A stretch of 64,000 nt of DNA from Coriobacteriales bacterium (GTDB taxonomy: Bacteria; Actinomycetota; Coriobacteriia; Coriobacteriales; UBA8131), in NCBI GenBank assembly GCA_031277035.1, contig JAISLY010000060.1, positions 21,012 to 85,011 of the forward strand, in the 5' to 3' direction. Shown here in pieces: positions 48,984-57,803 of the stretch. The notes under the pieces are model-generated. The model had not been told where the DNA came from. It saw only the letters and a list, made by a program, of their open reading frames with translations, and searched no databases. Every line of letters begins with the position of its first letter. The stretch's first letter is position 1. Position numbers and translations under genes: made by a program.

Positions 48984-50101
48984 CGATGCCTGATATGGCT
49001 CTGCTCGACTCCTTTCGCGATCCTCTGCTTGCCCGCAGACTGCTTGCGGCCATACAAAACAGAGCGGCACATCTTGCCGAACACACGAAGCGGCCCGTGC
49101 ATCTCATGGAGGTCTGCGGCACGCACACCGTCGCCATCGCCCGATCGGGATTCTGCTCGGTACTGCCCGAGAGCGTCCGGCTCATCAGCGGGCCGGGTTG
49201 CCCCGTCTGCGTAACCTCGAACAGCGACATCGACCGCATCATCGCGCTGACCCGCATACCCGGTGTGACCCTGGCAAGCTTTGGTGATATGATACGAGTA
49301 CCCGGATCGAGCAGCTCCCTGCAGACGCGCAAGGCCGAGGGGGCCGACATAGAGGTGCTGTACTCGCCCCTTGACGCACTGCGACTTGCCCAGGAGCGTC
49401 CTGAGCGGCAGATTGTCTTCGTCGGTGTCGGTTTTGAGACAACCGCGCCGCTGATAGCCGCGACTGTCGAGCGAGCGGTCGCGCAGGGTGTGGAGAACTT
49501 CAGCGTCCTTGTGGCGCACAAGCGGGTGCCGCCTGCCCTGGCGGCCCTCGTCAACGATACCGAAGTCGCCCTCGACGCACTCATCCTGCCCGGGCATGTC
49601 AGCACCGTGATTGGCAGTGAGCCCTATCGCTTCCTGGCCCGCGACCACAACATCCCCGGGGTCATCACCGGCTTTGAGCCCCTCGACGTGCTCCAGGGTA
49701 TCGCGCAGCTGCTGGAACTGCTCGCGGCGGGGCGGGCGGACATCGAGATAGCCTACCGACGCGCCGTCCATGTTGAGGGAAACCCGACCGCGCTGGCTGC
49801 CCTGGAACGGGTCTTTGAGCCATCGGATGCCACCTGGCGCGGACTTGGTCGGATTGCGCAGAGTGGCTATGTGCTGCGCGAAGAGTTTGCCGCCTTTGAC
49901 GCATTGCGCCGCTTCTCACCAGAAGTCGAGCCGACCGTCGAGCCCCAGGGTTGTCGATGTGGAGAGGTGCTGCGCGGTGTCATGGCGCCGGGCGACTGCC
50001 CTCTGTTCGCGCGCGTGTGCACACCCGCACACCCCGTTGGCCCCTGCATGGTCTCCTCGGAGGGCAGCTGCGCGGCGCATTATCGCTATCGGAGGGGATG
50101 A
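48980..50101 (+). CDS. hypD: Hydrogenase maturation protein HypD
   Basis: MEVCGTHT, GPGCPVC, GFETT, PGHVS, and CMVSSEGSC. Confidence 0.96.
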   Translation: MTMPDMALLDSFRDPLLARRLLAAIQNRAAHLAEHTKRPVHLMEVCGTHTVAIARSGFCSVLPESVRLISGPGCPVCVTSNSDIDRIIALTRIPGVTLASFGDMIRVPGSSSSLQTRKAEGADIEVLYSPLDALRLAQERPERQIVFVGVGFETTAPLIAATVERAVAQGVENFSVLVAHKRVPPALAALVNDTEVALDALILPGHVSTVIGSEPYRFLARDHNIPGVITGFEPLDVLQGIAQLLELLAAGRADIEIAYRRAVHVEGNPTALAALERVFEPSDATWRGLGRIAQSGYVLREEFAAFDALRRFSPEVEPTVEPQGCRCGEVLRGVMAPGDCPLFARVCTPAHPVGPCMVSSEGSCAAHYRYRRG

Positions 50102-50195
50102 GCATGGGCGATACCGTCCTTTTGCCTCCGCACTTGATGTTAAGTAATGATTCAGCACATCGGAGGGGATGAGCATGGGCGATACCGTCCTTTTG
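50088..50195. repeat. Perfect 37-bp direct repeat separated by a unique 34-bp insert
   Basis: ATCGGAGGGGATGAGCATGGGCGATACCGTCCTTTTG at 50088-50124 and 50159-50195. Confidence 0.92.
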
Positions 50196-51398
50196 GCGCA
50201 TGGTTCTGGCGGCTCGATGATGCGAGAGCTCATCGAGGGCCTGTTCTTTGATGCCTATGGCTCCGCAGAACTATTGCGCGGCGACGACGCGGCGATTCTT
50301 GAAACGCTGGCGGCAGGTGGTGCAGATGCCGGACGACTGGCGCTTTCTACCGATACCTTTGTGGTCAGTCCGTATTTCTTCCCCGGAGGAGACATCGGCC
50401 GCCTCGCTGTCTGCGGCACGGTCAACGACGTGGCGACCTCCGGAGCCGTCCCCCTGTGGCTTTCGGTCGGCTTCATCCTGGAGGAAGGCCTGCCGCTGGC
50501 TGACCTCAGAGGTATCTGTGCCTCGATGGCCGCTGCCGCGCGCGAGGCCGGCGTGCGAATTGTCACCGGCGATACGAAGGTGGTCGAGCGGGGGCATGGC
50601 GATGGCATCTACATCAACACGACGGGCGTTGGCCTGTTTGCGCCGGCCCTCGGGTACGCGGACAGCGGCCATCGAGGCACACGGCGGGCCCTCTCGGGGG
50701 CAGACTGTCAGCCCGGCGACCGCGTCCTGCTCTCGGGGACACTCGGCGACCACGGCATCGCCATCGTCTCGGCCCGTGAGAATCTGGGATTTACTTCGAC
50801 GATTGAAAGCGATGTCGCACCCCTGAACCATCTGGTCGCCGACGTGCTTGACCTTGCCCCCCATACGCGATGCTTTCGCGATCCAACCCGCGGCGGCCTG
50901 GCCTCGACGCTCAATGAGCTGGCGATGCAAAGTCAGGTCGCGATTATTGTTGAGGAGGAGGCCGTACCCGTACACGACGCCGTGCGAGGCGCCTGCGAGA
51001 TGCTTGGCTATGACATCTTCCAGGTGGCCAACGAGGGCAAGATGGTGGCCGTCGTGCCTGCGCAGGAAGCCGAGGCGGCGCTTTGTGCGATGCGGGCGAG
51101 CCGTTATGGCAAAGACGCCGCGCTCATCGGCGAGGTCGCTGCGATTGAGGGCGGCGCTGTGGACGGTGTGAGCGCTGCGAGCGCTGTGGGCAGTGTGGGC
51201 GCGGCGGGTGCGGCGGGCGGAGACGGCGGGGGCGCTGTGGGCGCTGTGGGCGCGACGGGCGGAGACGGCGGGGGTGGTGGCAGGCGAACAGACAGAGCAT
51301 ATGCGGGAGCCGAGCCACTTGTCACCGTCCGCACCGCCTTCGGCTCACAGCGCGTTCTCGACATGCTGGTCGGAGAGCAACTTCCCCGCATCTGCTGA
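50169..51398 (+). CDS. hypE: Hydrogenase maturation protein HypE
   Basis: LAHGSGG, GTVNDVA, GDTKVV, RDPTRGG, and C-terminal LPRIC. Confidence 0.96.
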   Translation: MSMGDTVLLAHGSGGSMMRELIEGLFFDAYGSAELLRGDDAAILETLAAGGADAGRLALSTDTFVVSPYFFPGGDIGRLAVCGTVNDVATSGAVPLWLSVGFILEEGLPLADLRGICASMAAAAREAGVRIVTGDTKVVERGHGDGIYINTTGVGLFAPALGYADSGHRGTRRALSGADCQPGDRVLLSGTLGDHGIAIVSARENLGFTSTIESDVAPLNHLVADVLDLAPHTRCFRDPTRGGLASTLNELAMQSQVAIIVEEEAVPVHDAVRGACEMLGYDIFQVANEGKMVAVVPAQEAEAALCAMRASRYGKDAALIGEVAAIEGGAVDGVSAASAVGSVGAAGAAGGDGGGAVGAVGATGGDGGGGGRRTDRAYAGAEPLVTVRTAFGSQRVLDMLVGEQLPRIC

Positions 51399-51485
51399 AG
51401 CGTGCGCACGGTTGCCCCTGCCCCTGCCCCGCTTCTGCTCCTGCTCCGCCCCTGCTCCTGCCCCCGCTGGCACTCACCAAAGCGC

Positions 51486-53615
51486 CTATAACAGCTCGCA
51501 TATCTCCTGAGCATAGGCTATCGGATCGTCAAGCGGTAAGCCCTCGATGAGCAGGGCCTGGCCGTAGAGCACCTTGGTGTAGCGGGCAAGCTCCTCGCTG
51601 CGCTCCTCCGCAAATGCTGCCTTGAGCTTGGCAAACACCGGATGGGCGGCATTGATCTCAAGGACGCGTTCGGCCTTTGGCTTCTCCTCGCCGCCTGGCA
51701 TTCTTGCAAAGGTCTTCTCCATCTCAAGCGAAATCGGTCCTGACGAGCTTATGCAGACAGGAGCATCGGCAAGGCGTGTGGAGACAATCACCTTCCCAAC
51801 GGCACCGTCCAGGGCCCTGGCCATCGCCTCGAACAAAGGCTCGTTGTCCTTTTCCACCTGCTCGGCGGCGGCCTTCTCCTCTTCAGTGCCCAGATCCAAC
51901 CCCTCGCTCATGATATTTTTCAGGGTATAGCTCCTGGGGACGCTCGTGTCGTTCCTCCCGACATCCGAGGCGCTGTCGCTTCCCTCCGCAGCCGCGTCCG
52001 CAGCAGAGCCGGACGCATCCGCATCAGCTGCACGGCTGTACTCACCGAGCATCATGAGGGCAAACTCATCGACCTCCGCATCGCCCAGTAACACGTCATA
52101 GCCCCTGGCAAGTGCGCTGGTCACCACCGGCAACTTCTTCAGGCGCTCCAGCGAATCGCCCACGGCATACAGGATGTGTTCCTGGTCCTCGCGGACATCC
52201 GTCAGGTACTCGTCCAGGGTCACCATCCGCTCCTGCTTTGCGGAGTAGTACAGCAGCAGGTCGGCCAATACCTCGCGGTTCTGCCCATAGCTGCTGTAGA
52301 TGCCAAATTTCAGCGACTGGCCAAAATCGTGGAAGAAGGCCTCGTACGAATCGCGGTCATTGGCGCAAAAGTCGAGCAGCTCCTGCTTAATCCTCTTGGC
52401 TACCCGCTTTGAAATCGCACGCAGCTGATGGTTGTGCTGCAGGGTCTCACGGCTGATATTGAGCGTGAGGTCAGGCGAATCCACCACGCCTCGGACAAAG
52501 CCAAAGTAGTCGGGCAGCAGCTCCTCACAGCGCTCCATAATCAGGACGTTGTTGGTATAAAGGGCCAGGCCGCCCCGGTAATCCCTGCTGTAGAAATCAT
52601 AGGGTGCATGGGCGGGCACAAACAGCAGGGCATCGTAGGTAAGCGCACCTTCCACATGCAGTGAGACGCGGCGCGCCGGCGCGTTGTAGTCGTGAAACTC
52701 CGCCCTGTAAAACTCCTCGTACTCCTCGTCGCTGACCTCGCCTTTGCCCCGTTTCCAGATTGGCGTCATCGAATTGAGGGTCTCAAGCTCCAGCACATCC
52801 TCATACTCGATCTGGTAGTCATCTGGCGCGTCGTCAGGCTTGGGCTTGGCACGGTGACGCTCAAGCTCCATCTGGATGGGGTAGCGCACATAATTGCTAT
52901 ATTTTTTAACAAGTTCTTGGATTGTGTAGGGTTCGAGAAAAGCGCTGTAATTCTCCTCTGCCCCGTCTTCCTTGAGGGTAAGAATCACATCGGTACCCGC
53001 CTGCGCTCGCTGCGCCTTGCGCACGCTATAGCCTTCCCTGCCATCGCTTTCCCAGGCAAATGCCTCATCGCAGCCCTGGGCGCGTGAGACCACCCGTACC
53101 GCGCTGGCCACCATGAAAGCAGAATAAAAGCCCACACCAAACTGACCGATGATGCTGATGTCCGAGCGTGCCGCGCCTTTTGGCGAACTGCCTGCTCCCC
53201 CACTCGCCGCATCCGTCGCGTCTGCCGCATCCGTCGCCGCGCCGTTTGTCGCATTCGTCGTCGCGTCTGCCGCGTCCGTCGCCGCGCCGTTCGCGTCGAT
53301 TGCGTTTTGCTCCAGGAAGTCCAGGCTGCCGGAATGGGCAATGGTGCCGAGGTTCTTCTCCAGATCCTCGCGCGTCATGCCGATACCGTTGTCGGAGATG
53401 GTGATGGTGCGCGTGGCCTTATCCGGCGTGATGCGGATAGCCAGAGAATCCCGGTTCAGCGAGATGCTGGTGTCGGTGAGGCTTCGAAAGGAGAGCTTGT
53501 CGATGGCGTCCGAGGCGTTGGAAATCAACTCACGCAGGAATATCTCCCTGTTGGTGTAGATTGAGTTGATCACCAGATCCAGCAGGCGCTGGCTTTCCGT
53601 TTTGAACTTCTTCAT
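51486..53615 (-). CDS. htpG: Chaperone HtpG (Hsp90)
   Basis: FLRELISNASDA, DNGIGMT, IGQFGVGFYSAF, and LNISRE. Confidence 0.96.
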   Translation of the reverse strand: MKKFKTESQRLLDLVINSIYTNREIFLRELISNASDAIDKLSFRSLTDTSISLNRDSLAIRITPDKATRTITISDNGIGMTREDLEKNLGTIAHSGSLDFLEQNAIDANGAATDAADATTNATNGAATDAADATDAASGGAGSSPKGAARSDISIIGQFGVGFYSAFMVASAVRVVSRAQGCDEAFAWESDGREGYSVRKAQRAQAGTDVILTLKEDGAEENYSAFLEPYTIQELVKKYSNYVRYPIQMELERHRAKPKPDDAPDDYQIEYEDVLELETLNSMTPIWKRGKGEVSDEEYEEFYRAEFHDYNAPARRVSLHVEGALTYDALLFVPAHAPYDFYSRDYRGGLALYTNNVLIMERCEELLPDYFGFVRGVVDSPDLTLNISRETLQHNHQLRAISKRVAKRIKQELLDFCANDRDSYEAFFHDFGQSLKFGIYSSYGQNREVLADLLLYYSAKQERMVTLDEYLTDVREDQEHILYAVGDSLERLKKLPVVTSALARGYDVLLGDAEVDEFALMMLGEYSRAADADASGSAADAAAEGSDSASDVGRNDTSVPRSYTLKNIMSEGLDLGTEEEKAAAEQVEKDNEPLFEAMARALDGAVGKVIVSTRLADAPVCISSSGPISLEMEKTFARMPGGEEKPKAERVLEINAAHPVFAKLKAAFAEERSEELARYTKVLYGQALLIEGLPLDDPIAYAQEICELL

Positions 53616-54250
53616 GCGGCGATAAGCTCGGCAGCCTTCGCAGCAGCAGAACCTGCGTCGGGCGTGTAGCCATCGGCTCCGATCTGATCTGCGAGTTCCT
53701 GCGTAACCGGCGCGCCGCCAACCATGATTTTCACCCGGTCGCGCAGGCCGGCCTCGTCAAACGCCTTGACCGTGGACTCAAGGGCGGGCAGGGTCGTGGT
53801 CAACAGTGCGGAGAGCGCTACGAGGTTTACGTCCTTGTGAGTCTGCACATACTCGACAAAGGTCTCCGGCGCAACGTCCACACCGAGATCCTCAATCTCG
53901 ATACCCTTGCCTTCGATCATCATCTTCACGAGGTTCTTGCCAATGTCATGCATATCGCCCTGAACCGTGCCGATAACCGCCCTGCCGAGCGGCTCGTTGC
54001 CCTCGCCGGCAAGCAGCGGTTTGAGCAGAGCGGTGCCGGCGTTCATCGCACGGGCAGCCACAAGAACCTCGGGCACGAAAATCTCATTGTTCTTGAATTT
54101 GGGGCCGATGATGTCCATCGCGGCCAGCAGAGCGCCGTTCAGTATCTCGTGAGCCGAGATGCCTTCGTCAATCGCCTGCTGCACAAGCGCCTCGACGTCC
54201 CTTCTTTTGCCAGCCTGCACCGCTGCGGAAATATCGTCAAGAATTGCCAT
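53612..54250 (-). CDS. Methyltransferase corrinoid protein (MtaC/MtbC-like)
   Basis: B12 cap domain, GDMHDIGKN, LSALLTTT, and VGGAP. Confidence 0.93.
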   Translation of the reverse strand: MAILDDISAAVQAGKRRDVEALVQQAIDEGISAHEILNGALLAAMDIIGPKFKNNEIFVPEVLVAARAMNAGTALLKPLLAGEGNEPLGRAVIGTVQGDMHDIGKNLVKMMIEGKGIEIEDLGVDVAPETFVEYVQTHKDVNLVALSALLTTTLPALESTVKAFDEAGLRDRVKIMVGGAPVTQELADQIGADGYTPDAGSAAAKAAELIAA

Positions 54251-54494
54251 AGTTTTCTCCCCTTTCTGGGAAAGTCGTCTTCACGGCGGCTCTCTTTGAC
54301 AGACCGCCTGAAGCGTACTGTTCCATGGTAGACCTCGCGGCCTTCTCGCGCAGCGCAAGTGCCATACAATGTGCCGACTGCACACAAAGTCTCCCATAGA
54401 CTGGACACCCCTGCCTTCAACCGTTTGCGCCTTCCCACCGGGTGTGAAGAGAGGGTATGATGTGCCGACCGACCGATTGCAGAAATGGAGCAGA

Positions 54495-56240
54495 ATGACA
54501 GACCGACTCGTCACCATACGACGGGGCACGACAAGCCAAAATCTTTCGATGTGCGAGGGCCAGACCGCGTTGGAGCTGCTCCGCGAACAGGGCATTCGCT
54601 TCTCGGCGCCCTGCGGTGGCAAAGGCACCTGTGGCAAATGCGGCCTGTTTGTCCGTGATGGAGAGGGCCTGCGGTTTCTTCTTGCGTGCAAGACCCCCCT
54701 GGTCGATGGGATGATTCTTGAGCTGGGCGAGGAATCGCCGATGCTCATTGAGGATGCCGGGCTGTCGCTTGCCGGCGTTTTTGAGCCTGATGCGAACGCG
54801 GAGGGCCTTGGTGTCGCCTTTGACATTGGAACGACGACTTTGGCCTGCCGCCTCTTTTGTCTGGGCGGCACTGCTACGCAAGGCCCCCGCCTGCTGGCAA
54901 CCGCAACGCTGGTAAACCCCCAGGCGGTTTTTGGAGCCGATGTGATCAGTCGCATCGATGCCAGCATGGCCGGACATCTGAGCGCGATGGAGGACGCTAT
55001 CGCGCTCGCCCTTTCTCAACTTGCCCTGCGCCTGCGGGCCGAGGCACAGGTTGGGGCCGAGGCGGGCGGGCAGGCCAAAGGGGCGAGCGGAGCACAGGTT
55101 GGGGCCGAGACGGGCGGGCAGGCCAAAGGGGCGAGCGAGGCGCAGGTTGGGGCCGAGGCGCAGGTTGGGGCCGAGCGCATCACGCGCATCACGCTTGCGG
55201 GAAACACGGTCATGCAGCATATCGTCTGTGGCCTTGCGCCCGACTCAATCGGCGTTGCCCCCTTTAAGCCCCTGTCCCTGTTCGGCGAGCTGCGGCCGGT
55301 AAAGGGCCTGGATGTCCCCGCCTGGCTTGCACCCTGCGTGGCCGGCTACGTGGGCGGCGATATTACCTGTGGCATACTCGCCTGCGGCCTGTATGCCAGC
55401 GAGCGTCCGCAACTTCTCATCGATCTGGGCACGAACGGCGAGATGGCTCTTGGAGATTGCACGGACATCGTCAGCTGCGCGACCGCGGCTGGCCCGGTCT
55501 TTGAAGGCGCGAATGTCCACTTCGGCATGCCGGCGCTGCCCGGGGCGATACAGGCCGTGCGTGAACAGGATGGGGCGCTTGAGATTGAGGTGATTGGAGG
55601 GGGTGAGCCGATTGGCATCTGCGGCACCGGCCTGATTGACCTGATTGCCGTCCTGCTGCGCCGCGGCATCATCGACGAGAGCGGCCTTTTGCTGGGGCCT
55701 GACGAGCTTTCTGAACTGCCCGACCTGCCCGAGAACCTCAGGCGTCGCGTTGGGCTTGAGGACGGCTATCCCGTCTTTTCCCTCACCGATGCCTCCGATT
55801 CCCACGCCCCCGACCACACCGCCACCTCTGACTCCACCGACCCCACCCCCACACCCGCACCCGGACGCGCCCTCTACCTCACCCAGGCCGACGTGCGAAA
55901 CGTCCAGCTCGCAAAATCCGCCATCTATTCCGGCGTCATGGTGCTGCTCACAGATCGCGGCCTTGCGGCTTCTGACCTCGACGCGCTTTTCATCGCCGGC
56001 GGTTTTGGCAAGCGCCTCAGCCTCGCCAACGCCGCGACCGTGGGGCTCTTCCCAGCCGAACTTCTCAGTCGGGCCCGAGCCGTGGGCAACACCTCGATTG
56101 AGGGCGCGAGCGCCGCGCTCCTCTCCCAACAGGCCCGCGATACCCTGCAGGCGCTCACGGAGCGTTGCCGCTACCTCGAGCTTTCGGTGAACGCAAACTT
56201 CAATCAGTTCTTCACAGACTACATGACATTTGGCCTGTGA
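54495..56240 (+). CDS. ASKHA-family reductive activator of corrinoid proteins (RACE/RamA-like, DUF4445) with N-terminal 2Fe-2S domain
   Basis: CGGKGTCGKC, DIGTTT, GADVISRI, DLGTNGE, GPVFEG, and AGGFG. Confidence 0.92.
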   Translation: MTDRLVTIRRGTTSQNLSMCEGQTALELLREQGIRFSAPCGGKGTCGKCGLFVRDGEGLRFLLACKTPLVDGMILELGEESPMLIEDAGLSLAGVFEPDANAEGLGVAFDIGTTTLACRLFCLGGTATQGPRLLATATLVNPQAVFGADVISRIDASMAGHLSAMEDAIALALSQLALRLRAEAQVGAEAGGQAKGASGAQVGAETGGQAKGASEAQVGAEAQVGAERITRITLAGNTVMQHIVCGLAPDSIGVAPFKPLSLFGELRPVKGLDVPAWLAPCVAGYVGGDITCGILACGLYASERPQLLIDLGTNGEMALGDCTDIVSCATAAGPVFEGANVHFGMPALPGAIQAVREQDGALEIEVIGGGEPIGICGTGLIDLIAVLLRRGIIDESGLLLGPDELSELPDLPENLRRRVGLEDGYPVFSLTDASDSHAPDHTATSDSTDPTPTPAPGRALYLTQADVRNVQLAKSAIYSGVMVLLTDRGLAASDLDALFIAGGFGKRLSLANAATVGLFPAELLSRARAVGNTSIEGASAALLSQQARDTLQALTERCRYLELSVNANFNQFFTDYMTFGL

Positions 56241-56307
56241 GGACAGGCACAGTCGCGGCAGCTAACAGATATGTGGAGAAGGCAGACCCCTGAAGGAAAG
56301 GCCGAAC

Positions 56308-56850
56308 ATGGATGAGCACCTTGGCGAGAGACTGAAAAAACTGATTGAGAAAAGCGGCTTTGAGAGCATCGGTGCCTTTAAGGCGGCTGAGTTGAAGGTC
56401 GAGCCCGAGGTTCGAGCGATGTGCGCAGTCAACACGTGCCAGGCCTACGGTAAGAACTGGGCCTGCCCGCCAGCCTGCGGTAGTCTTGAGGAATACGAGG
56501 AGCGCTTCTCGCACTATCTTGACGGCTACGTGTTTCAGACCATCGCGCAGATGGAGGATGCCTTTGATTTTGAGGCAATCGAGGCAGCTGGGGCCGAGCA
56601 CAAACGCCGCTTTCACCTGCTGGTTGATGAAACACGCGATTTTGGCTCAGCCACCTTGCTGCTCGGAGCCGGCCACTGCTCAATCTGCCCTGAATGCAGC
56701 TGCCCCGACGCACCCTGTCGCTTCCCGGACAAGGTCTACCCCTCAATGGAGGCCGCTGGCCTGCTGGTTTCGGCGGTTTGCAACCTGGCCGATGTGCCGT
56801 ACTATCACGGCCCCGGTACTGTCGCCTTCTGCTCCGCCGCCCTGTACTAG
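56308..56850 (+). CDS. DUF2284 predicted metal-binding protein
   Basis: C..N.C..YGKNWACPP, GHCSICPEC..CRFP, and SMEAAG. Confidence 0.88.
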   Translation: MDEHLGERLKKLIEKSGFESIGAFKAAELKVEPEVRAMCAVNTCQAYGKNWACPPACGSLEEYEERFSHYLDGYVFQTIAQMEDAFDFEAIEAAGAEHKRRFHLLVDETRDFGSATLLLGAGHCSICPECSCPDAPCRFPDKVYPSMEAAGLLVSAVCNLADVPYYHGPGTVAFCSAALY

Positions 56851-57065
56851 CAGCCGTTTTGCAGTGTCAGTCTTCAGAGGATTTCATTTTTTGCAGGCGT
56901 CGTTTACATCGAATTCTAAGGAGTAGCAGGGTCATCCAGCGCAAACATCTCGCGAAGCGGCTGGCAAAGCGGCTCGCAAAGCGATTGGCTCAGCGATTGG
57001 CTCAGCGGCTCGAAAATCGGTTGGCTCAACGGCTTATCAGCCTACCGGCTCTCCGCCAAAACCAG

Positions 57066-57803
57066 CTACGCCAAAACCAGGCCCTCCAACTCGCTGAGGC
57101 TGTGGATGACAGCAAAGTCGCCCTGCGCACCAGATGCGGCAGAGGCCGAGGCGTCAAAGCGATGATCCCGGTCGAGCAGGACGGGGCGCAGGCCGGCAGC
57201 GCGGGCGCCGCCGACATCGGCCTGCAGATGGTCGCCCACGTGGACGGCCGACCTTGCGTCAAGCCCGAGGCGCTCTAAAGCGAGGTCGAATATCTGCCGC
57301 TGCGGCTTGTGCGCACGCACGACGGTGGACGCAAGGATGACGCTGAAGTAATGGTCAAGCCCCATACCCACGATAATCGATTCCAGGGAGCTGTCCCAGT
57401 TTGAGATAAGTCCCAGTCTGAGTCCGCGGGCGGCAAGCGCATCGAGCGTTGGGAGGGTATCGTCAAAGGGTTTCCAGGCGCCGGGGGCAAAGTAGGTCTG
57501 GTGCACCCGTTGAGCGATGCGATGAGCATGATCGGAGAGGCCGGCCAGCTCGGCAAGATATGCGTACAACTCAAGCCAGAGCGTTGTGGCCCGCTCCTCG
57601 TCAGCCCAGAAGGAATCGTCGCGCGCATACAACTCCTCGTAGCGCGCATAGACCTGCGGCATGAGGCGCGTAACGTCTGCGGCATCAAGGTGCGCGCCCA
57701 CCGAGGCAGCGGCCTCAACAAAAGAGACCTCCTCGGGGATGCCCAGCGTAAGCAGCGTCTGCCCAACGTCAAAAAAGACGGCTTTGACCGGTTCGCTGCT
57801 CAT
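57066..57803 (-). CDS. HAD-superfamily hydrolase
   Basis: FFDVGQTL, ISNWD, KP, and HVGD...D. Confidence 0.9.
   Translation of the reverse strand: MSSEPVKAVFFDVGQTLLTLGIPEEVSFVEAAASVGAHLDAADVTRLMPQVYARYEELYARDDSFWADEERATTLWLELYAYLAELAGLSDHAHRIAQRVHQTYFAPGAWKPFDDTLPTLDALAARGLRLGLISNWDSSLESIIVGMGLDHYFSVILASTVVRAHKPQRQIFDLALERLGLDARSAVHVGDHLQADVGGARAAGLRPVLLDRDHRFDASASAASGAQGDFAVIHSLSELEGLVLA

Noticed and set aside
50125-50158. dif/XerD-like half site (TGATGTTAAGT) in the insert
   Set aside because: There is no matching XerC arm at the required 6-bp spacing.
54251-54494. Expected cobalamin riboswitch near the corrinoid genes
   Set aside because: I could not identify a B12-box or the conserved core on either strand by eye; an Rfam scan would settle it.
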